64,000 bases of DNA from Candidatus Acidiferrales bacterium (GTDB lineage Bacteria > Chloroflexota > Dormibacteria > Aeolococcales > Bog-877): positions 1,726 through 65,725 of the forward strand of contig DATLTJ010000043.1 of the NCBI GenBank assembly GCA_035533655.1, given 5' to 3'. The notes below the pieces were generated by a model. It saw only the letters and a program-made list of their open reading frames with translations. It did not search any database and was not told where the DNA came from. Shown here piece after piece: positions 37,103-46,475 of the stretch (its first letter is position 1; each line of letters opens with the position of its first letter). The position numbers and the translations under genes are program-made.

Positions 37103-39757
37103 TTGACCATCGAGGCCAACTACGACGTCCTGGTGCTGGGGGCGGGAGGAGCGGGCATGCGCGCCGCCATCGCCGCCGCCGAGCAGGGCTGTCAGGTGGG
37201 CGTGGTCTGCAAGTCCCTGCTGGGCAAAGCCCATACCGTGATGGCTGAGGGAGGCATCGCCGCGGCCCTGGGCAACCTCGACGCCGAGGACTCCTGGCAG
37301 GTGCATTTTGGGGACACCATGCGCGGCGGCGCGCTGGTCAACAACTGGCGGATGGTCGAGCTCTTCGCCCACGAGGTCATCGACCGGGTGATCGAGCTGG
37401 AGGAGTGGGGCGGGGTGTTCGACCGCACCGCGGCGGGCGGGATCAGCCAGCGGGCTTTCGGGGCCCACTCCTGGCGACGGCTGGCCCACATCGGGGACCG
37501 AACCGGGCTGGAGCTGATCCGTACCTGCCAGGACCGCCTGGTGCACACCGAAGGTGTCACCGTGCACATGGAGACGACGCTCACCCGGCTGCTCAAGGAT
37601 GGCGACCGCATCGCCGGTGCTTTCGGGTACGACCGGGCGACTGGCGAGTTCGTGGTGTTCAAGGCCAAGGCACTGGTGCTGGCCACTGGCGGCTGGGGCC
37701 GGATGTTCCGGATCACCTCCAACTCCTGGGAGGGCACCGGCGACGGGGCCGCCATGGCCTTCCAGGTCGGGGCTGAGCTCAAGGACATGGAGTTCGTCCA
37801 GTTCCATCCGACCGGGATGGTCTGGCCGCCCGGCGCCCGGGGCATCCTGGTCACCGAGGCGGTGCGTGGGGAGGGGGGCATTATGCGCAACCGGCTAGGC
37901 GAGCGCTTCATGGCCCGCTACGACCCGATCAAGAAGGACCTCTCCTCTAGGGACCTGGTAGCCCGGTCGATCTTTAAAGAGGTCCAGGCCGGCCGGGGAT
38001 CACCCCACGGCGGCGCCTTTTTGGACGTCACCCACCTGGGCGCCGAGACGATCAAACGCCGGCTGCCCTCGATGTACGAGCAATTTCACAGCCTGGCTGG
38101 GGTGGACATCACCAAGGAGGCGATGGAGGTGGCCCCGACCATCCATTACACGATGGGTGGGATCAACGTTGAGGCTGAGACGGCGGCCACCACCGTCCCC
38201 GGGCTGTACGCGGCCGGCGAGGTCGCCGCCGGGCTGCATGGGGCCAACCGGCTGGGCGGTAACTCCTTGGGGGACATCCTGGTCTTTGGCCGGCGGGCGG
38301 GGGAGGCGGCTGCCGAATACGCCCGCTCGCGTCCCCTGATGCCCAAGGTTCGTGAGTCTGAGATCAAGGCGGAAAAAGAGCTGTTGCTTCGACCTCTGTC
38401 TGGCGGCCAGGGCGAGGACCCTTTCCAGCTCCACCGGGCGTTGCAGAACGCCATGCAATCGGGGGCGGCGATCGCCCGCACAGAGGACTCTTTGCGAGAC
38501 ACCCTGGAGGAGATTCTAGAGCTTCAGGAGCGGGCTCAACGGATCCGGGTGCCGGGGACCCCCGCCTACAACCCGGGCTTCAGCGGGGCCCGCGACGACC
38601 TCTTCATGCTGACGATCAGCGAGGCCATCGTGCGCTCGGCGTTGGAGCGTCGAGAGAGTCGGGGCTCCCAGTGGCGGCTCGACTACCTGGAGCGCGATCC
38701 CGAGCTGGGGAAGGTCAATGTGGTCACCCGTCTAGGGGGAGATGGCCGCATGGAAGTGGTGCGCGTTCCCCTACCGCCGATGCCCGAGAACCTGCGCCAG
38801 CTGACCGAGGGTGAAACCCGGGTAGCGGCGACCGCGCTCGCCGATGCGGCCGAGGCCAAGCTGCAGGCCAAGCTCAAGGGTCAGCCCCAGCCTAAAGTTG
38901 AGACCTCGCCGGAGGATGAGCGGCCGACTAAGTTGCGGATCACTTACGAAGATGGCGCCACCGACAGCCAGGTCAAGCTCAAGGTGTGGCGGGGGAACGC
39001 CGCCGGGGGCGACTTCCAGGAGTTCTCCGTGCCTCAGATCGAGGGGATGGTGGTGCTCGACGCCATCCACTGGATCCAGGCCAACGGCACAGGCGACCTG
39101 GCCTGCCGCTGGAACTGCAAGGCCGGCAAGTGTGGTTCCTGCAGTGCCGAGATCAACGGGCGCCCATCGTTGATGTGCACGACCCGGGTCGACGAGGTGC
39201 TGGAGACCGCTGCCGAGATCGCCGTCCGACCGATGCAGGTGTTCCCGAAGATCGAGGACCTGGTGACCGACGTCAGTTGGAACTACGAGGTCAACCGCCG
39301 GATTCAACCCTTCACCCCAGCCCCGGGGGACCACGCCCCCTTTCTGATTCATCAGCAGGACATCGAGCGGGTCAGTGAGCAGCGGCGCTGTATCGAGTGC
39401 TTTCTCTGTCAGGACGTTTGCCACGTCCTGCGGGAGCACGACGGCAGCCAGCGCTTCTTCGGACCCCGTTTCATGGTGCGGATGGCCTCTTTGGAAATGC
39501 ATCCCAAGGACGTCGCCAATCGCATCCCCCAGCTGCACGGGGAGGCCGGGATCGCCCTCTGCAACATCACCAAGTGCTGCACCGAGGTGTGCCCGGAGCA
39601 CATCAAGATCACCGATAACTCCATCATCCCACTCAAGGAGAGGGTGGCCGACCGACACTTCGATCCAGTCCGGGGCGCCCTCTCTTTGCTTCGTCCCAGG
39701 CGGCCCCCGTCAGCGCCGGCCGGGGGCCTGGAGCCCGAGGACGATCGCCCCGGGTAA
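37103..39757 (+). CDS. Fused succinate dehydrogenase/fumarate reductase flavoprotein (SdhA-like, N-terminal about 570 aa) and iron-sulfur subunit (SdhB-like, C-terminal about 270 aa)
   Basis: N-terminus: YDVLVLGAGGAGMRAAI, HPTG, HYTMGGI, GANRLGGNSL. C-terminus: CRWNCKAGKCGSC (2Fe-2S), CIECFLCQDVC (4Fe-4S), CNITKCCTEVCP (3Fe-4S). One uninterrupted 884-aa ORF. Confidence 0.8.
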   Translation: MTIEANYDVLVLGAGGAGMRAAIAAAEQGCQVGVVCKSLLGKAHTVMAEGGIAAALGNLDAEDSWQVHFGDTMRGGALVNNWRMVELFAHEVIDRVIELEEWGGVFDRTAAGGISQRAFGAHSWRRLAHIGDRTGLELIRTCQDRLVHTEGVTVHMETTLTRLLKDGDRIAGAFGYDRATGEFVVFKAKALVLATGGWGRMFRITSNSWEGTGDGAAMAFQVGAELKDMEFVQFHPTGMVWPPGARGILVTEAVRGEGGIMRNRLGERFMARYDPIKKDLSSRDLVARSIFKEVQAGRGSPHGGAFLDVTHLGAETIKRRLPSMYEQFHSLAGVDITKEAMEVAPTIHYTMGGINVEAETAATTVPGLYAAGEVAAGLHGANRLGGNSLGDILVFGRRAGEAAAEYARSRPLMPKVRESEIKAEKELLLRPLSGGQGEDPFQLHRALQNAMQSGAAIARTEDSLRDTLEEILELQERAQRIRVPGTPAYNPGFSGARDDLFMLTISEAIVRSALERRESRGSQWRLDYLERDPELGKVNVVTRLGGDGRMEVVRVPLPPMPENLRQLTEGETRVAATALADAAEAKLQAKLKGQPQPKVETSPEDERPTKLRITYEDGATDSQVKLKVWRGNAAGGDFQEFSVPQIEGMVVLDAIHWIQANGTGDLACRWNCKAGKCGSCSAEINGRPSLMCTTRVDEVLETAAEIAVRPMQVFPKIEDLVTDVSWNYEVNRRIQPFTPAPGDHAPFLIHQQDIERVSEQRRCIECFLCQDVCHVLREHDGSQRFFGPRFMVRMASLEMHPKDVANRIPQLHGEAGIALCNITKCCTEVCPEHIKITDNSIIPLKERVADRHFDPVRGALSLLRPRRPPSAPAGGLEPEDDRPG

Positions 39758-39776
39758 TCCGTCGGCCGGGCCGATT

Positions 39777-40475
39777 TCAGCTGGGGTCGGCGACCGCCGC
39801 GGCCGGGGCCTCCACTTCCGAGTTGCCCACGGCGGCAGCGAGTTCTGCCGGCGCCAGGTAGCGCTTGGACGTCAGCTCCTGGCCCCGGTAGTGCAACTCC
39901 AGCAGTCCGCCCTTGGAGCACTGCAGCCGGTGCAGAGCCCAGGGCATCCGGTGTTCGCTGGTAGCCCAGAAGGCCTGAATGGGATCGCCGTGACTGATGC
40001 AAACAAAGGCCCCGCCCGGGTGCTCTCGCAGACCCTCGGCGATCACCTGAGCCACCCGGCGCGCCATCGCTCCCATCGACTCATCCCCAGGAACCAGTCC
40101 GGGCCAGACCATGTGCACCCACCACCGCGGTTTGCGCCAGATGACATCCTGGTAGCGGGTGCCCTGGAGATACCGACCGAACTCGGCCTCCACCAGCGCC
40201 TGGCGCAGAAGAATCGGTGGTGCGGGAGATTGTTCGCTGGCGAGTAGGGCGGCTGTCTCCTGAGCGCGCTGGAGGGGGCTGGAGTAGATGGCGCGGACTC
40301 CCGCGGTCGCCAGATACCGGCCCATCACGGCCCCCTGCTGCTGGCCTTTGGCGCTGAGGCCGAAGTTGGGCAGGTGGCCGTAGAGGACGCCGTCCGGGTT
40401 GGCGACATCGCAGTGGCGGGCCAGGAAGCAGCGGGTGGCGGGCGCGGCCGGGGCGGAGACGGTCACTGCAGCCAT
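39777..40475 (-). CDS. Histidine phosphatase (phosphoglycerate mutase-like) family protein
   Basis: FLARHCDV (RHG-type motif) ...LSAKGQQQG...IYSSPLQRAQETA...ISHGD. Confidence 0.8.
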   Translation of the reverse strand: MAAVTVSAPAAPATRCFLARHCDVANPDGVLYGHLPNFGLSAKGQQQGAVMGRYLATAGVRAIYSSPLQRAQETAALLASEQSPAPPILLRQALVEAEFGRYLQGTRYQDVIWRKPRWWVHMVWPGLVPGDESMGAMARRVAQVIAEGLREHPGGAFVCISHGDPIQAFWATSEHRMPWALHRLQCSKGGLLELHYRGQELTSKRYLAPAELAAAVGNSEVEAPAAAVADPS

Positions 40476-40576
40476 CGTAAGGAATTGCCGATGGTCCGCC
40501 GATCGCCTGAGGGTGAAGTTGGGCGCCAGACCGCACGAGATCGGAACTCCGAGCCGTCAAAATGGCCCGGAGCGAC

Positions 40577-40650
40577 GCCCCCTTAGCTCAGTGGATTAGA
40601 GCGGCGCCCTTCTAAGGCGACGGTCGGTGGTTCGAACCCACCAGGGGGCA
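40577..40650 (+). tRNA. tRNA-Arg (anticodon UCU)
   Basis: GCCCCCTTAGCTCAGTGGATTAGAGCGGCGCCCTTCTAAGGCGACGGTCGGTGGTTCGAACCCACCAGGGGGCA. Cloverleaf with anticodon loop CTTCTAA. Confidence 0.9.
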
Positions 40651-40678
40651 GTCGTCTCCACCTAGGACAAAAGGAGAG

Positions 40679-41404
40679 ATGGGCATGGCGGTCACTCCTG
40701 GCCCGACCCGCGATCTGGAACCGGGGCGGAGCCGGCCAGCCAGTCCAACCCTGCCTCCGGGCGTGCGTCTGGACGGGCGGCAGTCGGCGCTGCTCCACTT
40801 GACCCGGGCCGTCCTGAAGGTGACTGTTCGCTTGTCGGCGGTGGGAGGAGTCCAGCTCGAGGGCGTTGCCAATGTCCCCAGCGAGGGGCGGCTACTCATC
40901 TGCTCCAACCACGTATCCAACTTCGATCCCTTAGTGTACGCCGCCCTCCTGCCCCGGGTCCTCCATGCCCTGACCAAGGCCGAGCTCTTCACCCATCCGG
41001 TCATGCGAGCCTTTCTGGTGCGGTGCAATTGCATTCCGGTCCGGCGGGGGGCACCCGATCGCCTAGCGGTTCGGGGAGCGCTGGCGGTTTTGCGGTCAGG
41101 GGGAGCGCTGCTCCTCTTCCCGGAGGGCCACCGAGCGCCCACGGGCGGCATGTTGGAGTTCGAGTCTGGCGCGGGCTATTTGGCGCTCCGCTCGGGAGCG
41201 GCCGTGCTCCCGTGCGCCATCTGGGGCACCGAAGACGTACTCCCCCGGCACAAGCTGGTCCCCCGGCGGGGACGGGTCTGGGTACGGCTGGGACGCCCCT
41301 TCCGGCCGGTTGGTGAGGCCCCGGCCGCCATCAGCCAGGAGATCCAGGCGGCGGTCGCCCAGCTGCTGCCCGAGCGCTATCGGCCCTCAGCTGACCCCGA
41401 GTAG
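40679..41404 (+). CDS. plsC: 1-acyl-sn-glycerol-3-phosphate acyltransferase family protein
   Basis: CSNHVSNFDP (HX4D) and LLLFPEGHR motifs. Confidence 0.8.
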   Translation: MGMAVTPGPTRDLEPGRSRPASPTLPPGVRLDGRQSALLHLTRAVLKVTVRLSAVGGVQLEGVANVPSEGRLLICSNHVSNFDPLVYAALLPRVLHALTKAELFTHPVMRAFLVRCNCIPVRRGAPDRLAVRGALAVLRSGGALLLFPEGHRAPTGGMLEFESGAGYLALRSGAAVLPCAIWGTEDVLPRHKLVPRRGRVWVRLGRPFRPVGEAPAAISQEIQAAVAQLLPERYRPSADPE

Positions 41405-41953
41405 CTGGACCGTGAAGATCAAGGTCGAATTGGCGGGGATGGCGCCCTGGGCGGCGCACGAGTACCCGAGAGCTGCCGGGATCACCAATTCTCGGGTCCC
41501 GCCGACCTTCATGCCTGGAATGCCCTCGACCCAGCCGGCGATTACCTTGCCGGCGGCCAGGGTGAAGCTCACCGGTTTGCCGTTGTTGTCCTTGGCGCTG
41601 CTGTCGAAGACGGTGCCGTCAGTCAGGGAGCCGGTGTAGCTGACGGTGATCTTGTTACCCGTTTTGGCCGTGGCTCCCGTTCCCACCGTGGTGTCCTTGA
41701 TCTGGAGGTTTCCCGCGAGCACGGTGGCGCCCGGCAGTTGGTAGGTGGCCGCGGTGGCCGGAGAGGTGCACGCGGCGGCGGAAGCGCTCGGGGTCGGGGT
41801 GGGACTGGCAGCGACCGTGGCCGGCGTCTGGGAGCTGCTGGTGGTGGGGACCCCGGAGTCGAGCGAGGCGCCGCAGGCACTGAGGAGCAGAGCCAGGCTC
41901 ACCATGATGCCCGGGAGGAAAACGCCAATTCCGAGGTTCCTCATTCGTCCCAT
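41387..41953 (-). CDS. FKBP-type peptidyl-prolyl cis-trans isomerase, probable lipoprotein
   Basis: Lipobox LLLSAC after a signal peptide. C-terminal VSYTGSLTDGTVFDSS...GKVIAGWVEGIPGMKVGGTRELVIPAALGY. GAGGAG lies 9 nt upstream of the ATG at 41953. Confidence 0.8.
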   Translation of the reverse strand: MGRMRNLGIGVFLPGIMVSLALLLSACGASLDSGVPTTSSSQTPATVAASPTPTPSASAAACTSPATAATYQLPGATVLAGNLQIKDTTVGTGATAKTGNKITVSYTGSLTDGTVFDSSAKDNNGKPVSFTLAAGKVIAGWVEGIPGMKVGGTRELVIPAALGYSCAAQGAIPANSTLIFTVQLLGVS

Positions 41954-42033
41954 CTGGCCAGGCTCCTCCTCAACGAGCTGATCCGCCGGTACCGAGTGGC
42001 CCGACCCGCGGGCCATCCTATCCGAGATCGAGG

Positions 42034-42603
42034 TTAGGCCCGGTGGTGCCCGTTGCTGGCCGGACAGACGTGGCCATTGGGATCAATTGGAAGGTGGCAG
42101 AGCGGACAGATCGCGCGCCCGCCCTCAATCACCTCGAGGGCGCGCTCGGCCAGCGCCCGCACCTGGGCGACGGTGACGACCAGCCGGGCGGCGCGGAGCT
42201 CGGAATCGCCTTCTTCGGCCACTTCTTCCAGCTCACCGACCTCCTCGAGCGCGGCCACCGCCTCCTCACCCTCGACCAGCGGCAGTGGCCGGCGCTCCTC
42301 CAGGAGCAGGGTGCACATACCGCCCTCTTCGTCGAGCGAGAGCTGAATGTTGCCGACCCGCCAGCCTGGTGGGTCCCCGGGCCGGGTGACCGGTTGGGGG
42401 GCTGGCCCGGACCGCAGCGAGGGAGGCTCCAGCAGCTGGAGCAGCTGTCCTCCCAGCTCCTGGAGCTGGATCTTCTCGACCATCAGGGTGCACTGACGCG
42501 CGCCCTGGCGACCTTCCAGGAAGAAGATCCGGGAGCCGGGTTCACCTTCGACGCCGACAGTGATGTCGTCGACAGGGTCCAAGTCAAATTCGAGGATGGC
42601 CAC
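42034..42603 (-). CDS. DUF3090 family protein (conserved, function unknown)
   Basis: MAILEFDLDPVD..TVGVEGEPG.R.FFL...QGA and C-terminal CPLCHLPIDPNGHVCP..NGH cysteine motif, as I recall for DUF3090/TIGR03847. Confidence 0.65.
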   Translation of the reverse strand: MAILEFDLDPVDDITVGVEGEPGSRIFFLEGRQGARQCTLMVEKIQLQELGGQLLQLLEPPSLRSGPAPQPVTRPGDPPGWRVGNIQLSLDEEGGMCTLLLEERRPLPLVEGEEAVAALEEVGELEEVAEEGDSELRAARLVVTVAQVRALAERALEVIEGGRAICPLCHLPIDPNGHVCPASNGHHRA

Positions 42604-42647
42604 CGAGCCATTGTGCCAACTTGCGGCTCCCCTGGGCCGGCACCCCC

Positions 42648-44474
42648 TCAGGTCAGGCCGCGGGCCAGGGGACCCCGGTTCTCGGCGGCGCGCTCCAGGT
42701 GGGCCGCGGCGTTGACGATCGCGAGGTGGGTGAACGCCTGGGGGAAGTTGCCCAGCAGTTCTCCGCTGTCCGGGTCCAGCTCCTCGGAGAAGAGGCCCAG
42801 GTCATTGCCGTGGGCGGTCAAGCGCTCGAAGAGGTCCCGGGCCGGGCCGATCTGGCCCTGGAGGGCCAGGTTGTCGACCAGCCAGAAGGAGCACAGCAGG
42901 AAGGTCCCCTCACTGGTTCCCAGCCCATCTTCGCGCCGGTAGCGGTAGACGAAACCGTTCTCGTCGGTGAGGTCGCGCTGGATCGCCTTCACGGTCAGCC
43001 GCATGCGCGGGTCGAGGGGGGGCAGGAAGTTGAGCAGCGGGATCATCAAGGACGTGGCATCCAGCTGATCCTCGTCCAGGACCTGGCGGAAGGCGCCGAG
43101 CTGGTCGCTCCAGCCGCGGGTCAGAATGGTGTGGCGGATCCGCTCTCTGGTCCAGATCCACCGTTCCAGCCGGACCTGGTCTACCTTGAGCTCCCGACTG
43201 AGCTTGATGCCCCGGTCCAGGGCCACCCAGCACTGCAGCTTGCTGTAGACGAACTGCTGGGGTCCGCCTCGCACCTCCCAGATGCCGTTGTCGGGCTGCT
43301 CCCACTCTTCCAAGGCGTGGTCGACCATCGCGACCAGGGTGCTGCGCATGGGGGCGGCCTTGGCCTTGCCAAACCGCAGGTAGAGGTAGGCGGAGTCGAC
43401 CACCTCGCCGTAGATGTCGAGCTGCTTCTGGCCGGCGGCGCCGTTGCCGATCCGGACCGGCCGGGATCCCTGATAGCCATCCAGCTCGGTCAGCTCCGAC
43501 TCGGCAACCTCGGTCCGCCCATCGATCCCATACATGATCTGGAAGTGGTCGGGGTGCCCCTGGTGGATTCGCTCCAGCCAGGCGATGAAGTTGGCCGCCT
43601 CTTCGTGGTACCCGAGCAGCTGCAGGGCGTACAGCAGGAAGGCCGAGTCCCGCAGCCAACTGTACCGGTAGTCCCAGTTGCGCTGACCGCCGACCCACTC
43701 TGGCAGAGAGGTGGTGGGTGCGGCCACGATCGATCCCTCGGGGGCGTAGATCAGAAGCTTGAGCACCAACGCGCTCCGGAAGACCAGGTCAAGGTAGGGC
43801 CCGTCGTACGCGCAGCGCTTGATCCAGTCCTCCCAGAATTTCTGGGTCAGGGCCAGCAGCTTCTGGGGGTCGTAGTCGCGGTGGTGGGACTTGGTGCCGT
43901 CGTAGCGCAGGAGTACAGCCCATGGCTCGCCGGGGAGCAACTCCACCCGCTGTGCCAGCGCGCGACCCTCCCGGACCCACAGCCCCGGCCCATCGAAGTG
44001 CAGGTGGAGGTCGCCGTCGCTGAGCGTCAGGCAGTGGCCGTCGCCGCTGATCTCGACTTGCGGCTCCTGGCGGCCATAGTCGAAGCGAGCGTCGACCACC
44101 ACCTTGACCCCGAGCGCACCGTCGGGAGCTTCCAGCTGGCGAATCAGGATGTGGTCGTCGTCGCGCTGGTGCAGCTGCTCTTTGGCAACCATGAAGTCCG
44201 TGATCAGAAGGCGGCCCTGAGGGCTGCTCAGCCCGGTCTCCAGGACATTGGTCCCCGGCAGGTAGCGTCGGCTGTCGGCGATGTAGTCGCCATCGGGCAC
44301 GACTCGCATCGAGCCGCCCTTGTCCGCGTCCAGGAGCCGGGCGAAGACAGCCGGGCTATCGAACCGAGGAGCGCAAAACCAATCGATCGACCCCAAGCGG
44401 TCGATCAGGGCGGCACTGTGGAAGTCGCCGATAATCCCATAGTCACGGATCGGGGAATAGCGGGGACGGTCCAT
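42648..44474 (-). CDS. Glycoside hydrolase family 15 (glucoamylase/trehalase-like)
   Basis: YSPIRDYGIIGDFHSAALI...GSIDWFCAPRFDSPAVFA N-terminus and WDYRYSWLRDSAF motif. AGGAGG precedes the ATG at 44474. Confidence 0.85.
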   Translation of the reverse strand: MDRPRYSPIRDYGIIGDFHSAALIDRLGSIDWFCAPRFDSPAVFARLLDADKGGSMRVVPDGDYIADSRRYLPGTNVLETGLSSPQGRLLITDFMVAKEQLHQRDDDHILIRQLEAPDGALGVKVVVDARFDYGRQEPQVEISGDGHCLTLSDGDLHLHFDGPGLWVREGRALAQRVELLPGEPWAVLLRYDGTKSHHRDYDPQKLLALTQKFWEDWIKRCAYDGPYLDLVFRSALVLKLLIYAPEGSIVAAPTTSLPEWVGGQRNWDYRYSWLRDSAFLLYALQLLGYHEEAANFIAWLERIHQGHPDHFQIMYGIDGRTEVAESELTELDGYQGSRPVRIGNGAAGQKQLDIYGEVVDSAYLYLRFGKAKAAPMRSTLVAMVDHALEEWEQPDNGIWEVRGGPQQFVYSKLQCWVALDRGIKLSRELKVDQVRLERWIWTRERIRHTILTRGWSDQLGAFRQVLDEDQLDATSLMIPLLNFLPPLDPRMRLTVKAIQRDLTDENGFVYRYRREDGLGTSEGTFLLCSFWLVDNLALQGQIGPARDLFERLTAHGNDLGLFSEELDPDSGELLGNFPQAFTHLAIVNAAAHLERAAENRGPLARGLT

Positions 44475-44796
44475 GAACCTCCTTCGCACTTGGTTGGCTT
44501 CCGAGATGATGGGGCCCTGGAGCCGCGGTTCGCCACCCGGCGGTACTCCGGCAAATCGTTCGGAGGGCGAAAGGAGGTGCGATCCACGAGTTCCAGGCTG
44601 AGGCCGGAGCTGAACCGGGAAGCTCTGGCGGGGTGGGCCGATGCCGTGGAAATGCAACCGAAACGCCCGGGTGGAGCCTGATTCTCGAGAAGGCTGGAGA
44701 CTCTGTTGACCACGATGGACGGGGGATGAGCCCGGTAAGCGAGCGCGATTTGCAGCTCCTGGCAAACGCATCGCTCCACAGATCCAGCGAAAGCGA

Positions 44797-44887
44797 TGGC
44801 GGAGCGGGAGGGATTCGAACCCTCGAAGGGGTTGCCCCCTTACGGCATTTCCAGTGCCGCGCCCTCGGCCAACTAGGCGACCGCTCC
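44797..44887 (-). tRNA. tRNA-Ser (anticodon GGA), long variable arm, CCA encoded
   Basis: Reverse complement GGAGCGGTCGCCTAGTTGGCCGAGGGCGCGGCACTGGAAATGCCG...GAGGGTTCGAATCCCTCCCGCTCCGCCA. Anticodon loop CTGGAAA. Confidence 0.9.
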
Positions 44888-44973
44888 CCGGGGGATTCTA
44901 GTCGGCGGTTCGGTATGGCCTATTCGGCAACAGGGCCGGCGCCTCCACGTGGGCGCCGGCCAACTTCTCGTGC

Positions 44974-46341
44974 TTAGTTCCCCACCGGCGCTGGTTGCAG
45001 GTCCGGCGTCGGTAGCGGATCCGGGGGAGGAATCGGATGGTGCAGTTCGAATACCTCCTCATCAAAGAGCACCCGGTCGCCGTGCTCCAGCTCCAGTTCG
45101 GACATCCGCAGCGGCACGAACACCGCGATCGCCTTCAGGATCAGGAAGGTCATTCCCCCGTCGTAGGCGGCCACCACCACCAGCCCGATGACTTGCACCA
45201 AGAGCTGGTGCGGGTTGCCGGAGAAGAGCCCGGCAACCCGCACGCCCGCGCCGTTCACTCCAACGTAGACGATCATGGCAGGGTTGGCGATCAGGCCGAC
45301 CAGGATTCCGCCGACGGCCCCCGCGGTGAAGTGAGTGTGGATGACCCCTAGGGTGTCGTCCACCTTGCGGAAGGGCCAGCGGCCGGCCAGCTTGTTCATG
45401 GTTAGCCACGGGATCGCCGCCCCGAAGAGCCCGACAATGATCGCCCCATAGCCGTCCACATACCCGGCGGCCGGGGTGATCGCCACCAGGCCGCAGATGA
45501 GGCCGTTGATGGCTCCCAGGAAGGACAGCTTCTTGTTGAGTGCCATGTCCAGGGAAAACCAGGTGAGCATGGCGACGGCAGTGGCCAAGTTGGTATTGAG
45601 GACGGCCGCCGCGGCGTCGCCGTTGGCGAAGTACGGGTCGCCTCCGTTGAACCCGTTCCAGCCGAGCCAGAGGATGCCCGCCCCCACCGCTGCCAGGAGC
45701 ATGTTGTTGGGCTTGAAGTCCTGCTGGTCCTTGAGGGTCCTGGGTCCGATCACAGCGGCTCCGACAAACCCGGAGATGCCGGCCGCGACATGGATGACGT
45801 AGCCGCCGCTGTAGTCGACCACCCCCATCTGGGCGAGCCACCCGCCCCCCCAGAGCATGAAAGCATTGACGCTATAGACGAGCAGCGACCAGAGCGGAAC
45901 GAAGATCATCCAGGCCTTGAAGTTGATGCGCCCGAAGAGGGCGCCGGCCAGGATGATCGGGGTGATCGCCGCGAAGACGAATTGGAAGTAGATCAGCGAC
46001 GCTTGGGGGAAGGCGAATTTCGGCATCAGACCATCGAGCAGCGGAATGTTGGCCCGGGCCGTCTCGCCCAAGGCGGTCAGGACTGGCTGGGGGAAGCCCA
46101 CCAGGGTGCCGATCCACGGGTGCCCGAATCCGAGACTGAAGCCGGCCAAGACCCAGACCACCAGCACCGCCGCGAAGGCGTAAAAGCACATCACGGCGGA
46201 GCTCACCGCCCACTTTCGCTTTACGACCCCGCCGTACAGGACAGCGAGGCCTGGCAACGACATCAGGCCGACCAGGGTGCCGGCCGTGAGCTGCCAGGAG
46301 TTGTCGCCCGCATTCAAATAGGGCGGTGACGGGATGTACAT
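44974..46341 (-). CDS. amt: Ammonium transporter (Amt family)
   Basis: NAGDNSWQLTAGTLVGLMSLPGLAVLYGG..., VDYSGGYVIHV and DDTLGVIHTH motifs. Confidence 0.9.
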   Translation of the reverse strand: MYIPSPPYLNAGDNSWQLTAGTLVGLMSLPGLAVLYGGVVKRKWAVSSAVMCFYAFAAVLVVWVLAGFSLGFGHPWIGTLVGFPQPVLTALGETARANIPLLDGLMPKFAFPQASLIYFQFVFAAITPIILAGALFGRINFKAWMIFVPLWSLLVYSVNAFMLWGGGWLAQMGVVDYSGGYVIHVAAGISGFVGAAVIGPRTLKDQQDFKPNNMLLAAVGAGILWLGWNGFNGGDPYFANGDAAAAVLNTNLATAVAMLTWFSLDMALNKKLSFLGAINGLICGLVAITPAAGYVDGYGAIIVGLFGAAIPWLTMNKLAGRWPFRKVDDTLGVIHTHFTAGAVGGILVGLIANPAMIVYVGVNGAGVRVAGLFSGNPHQLLVQVIGLVVVAAYDGGMTFLILKAIAVFVPLRMSELELEHGDRVLFDEEVFELHHPIPPPDPLPTPDLQPAPVGN

Positions 46342-46445
46342 ATCCAGAGATCTCCCCCTGTCGGGTTGGCTTGCTGCCGCCCCCGGAACGCGGAGGCGCT
46401 GTAGCCGAGTCTTCCAGAAACCTCAAGAGGCGTCACCGGGCGATA

Positions 46446-46475
46446 GACACTATTTAGGTAAGAGGCATTAGTGTC
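46446..46475 (-). promoter_or_regulatory. AT-rich inverted repeat GACACTA-N16-TAGTGTC in the gltD-amt spacer (candidate operator/promoter or RNA hairpin)
   Basis: Perfect 7-bp arms read directly, in a locally AT-rich stretch 105-134 nt upstream of the amt ATG. CTGACA...TAAATA promoter-like hexamers overlap it on the minus strand, but the spacer of about 15 nt is suboptimal. Confidence 0.3.

Noticed and set aside
42621-44681. 686-aa plus-strand ORF antisense to the GH15 gene. Similar long antisense ORFs occur at 55833-58241 (opposite pnp/udg), 48207-50015 and 50397-51530 (opposite gltB), 36326-37807 (opposite sdh), 8535-9833 (opposite zwf), 21379-22401 (opposite nuoG) and 25750-26892 (opposite nuoL).
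   Set aside because: Each lies opposite a gene with unmistakable conserved motifs. The translations are dominated by G/R/P/D/L/V/H with no recognisable domains. Stop-codon scarcity at this GC content explains them.
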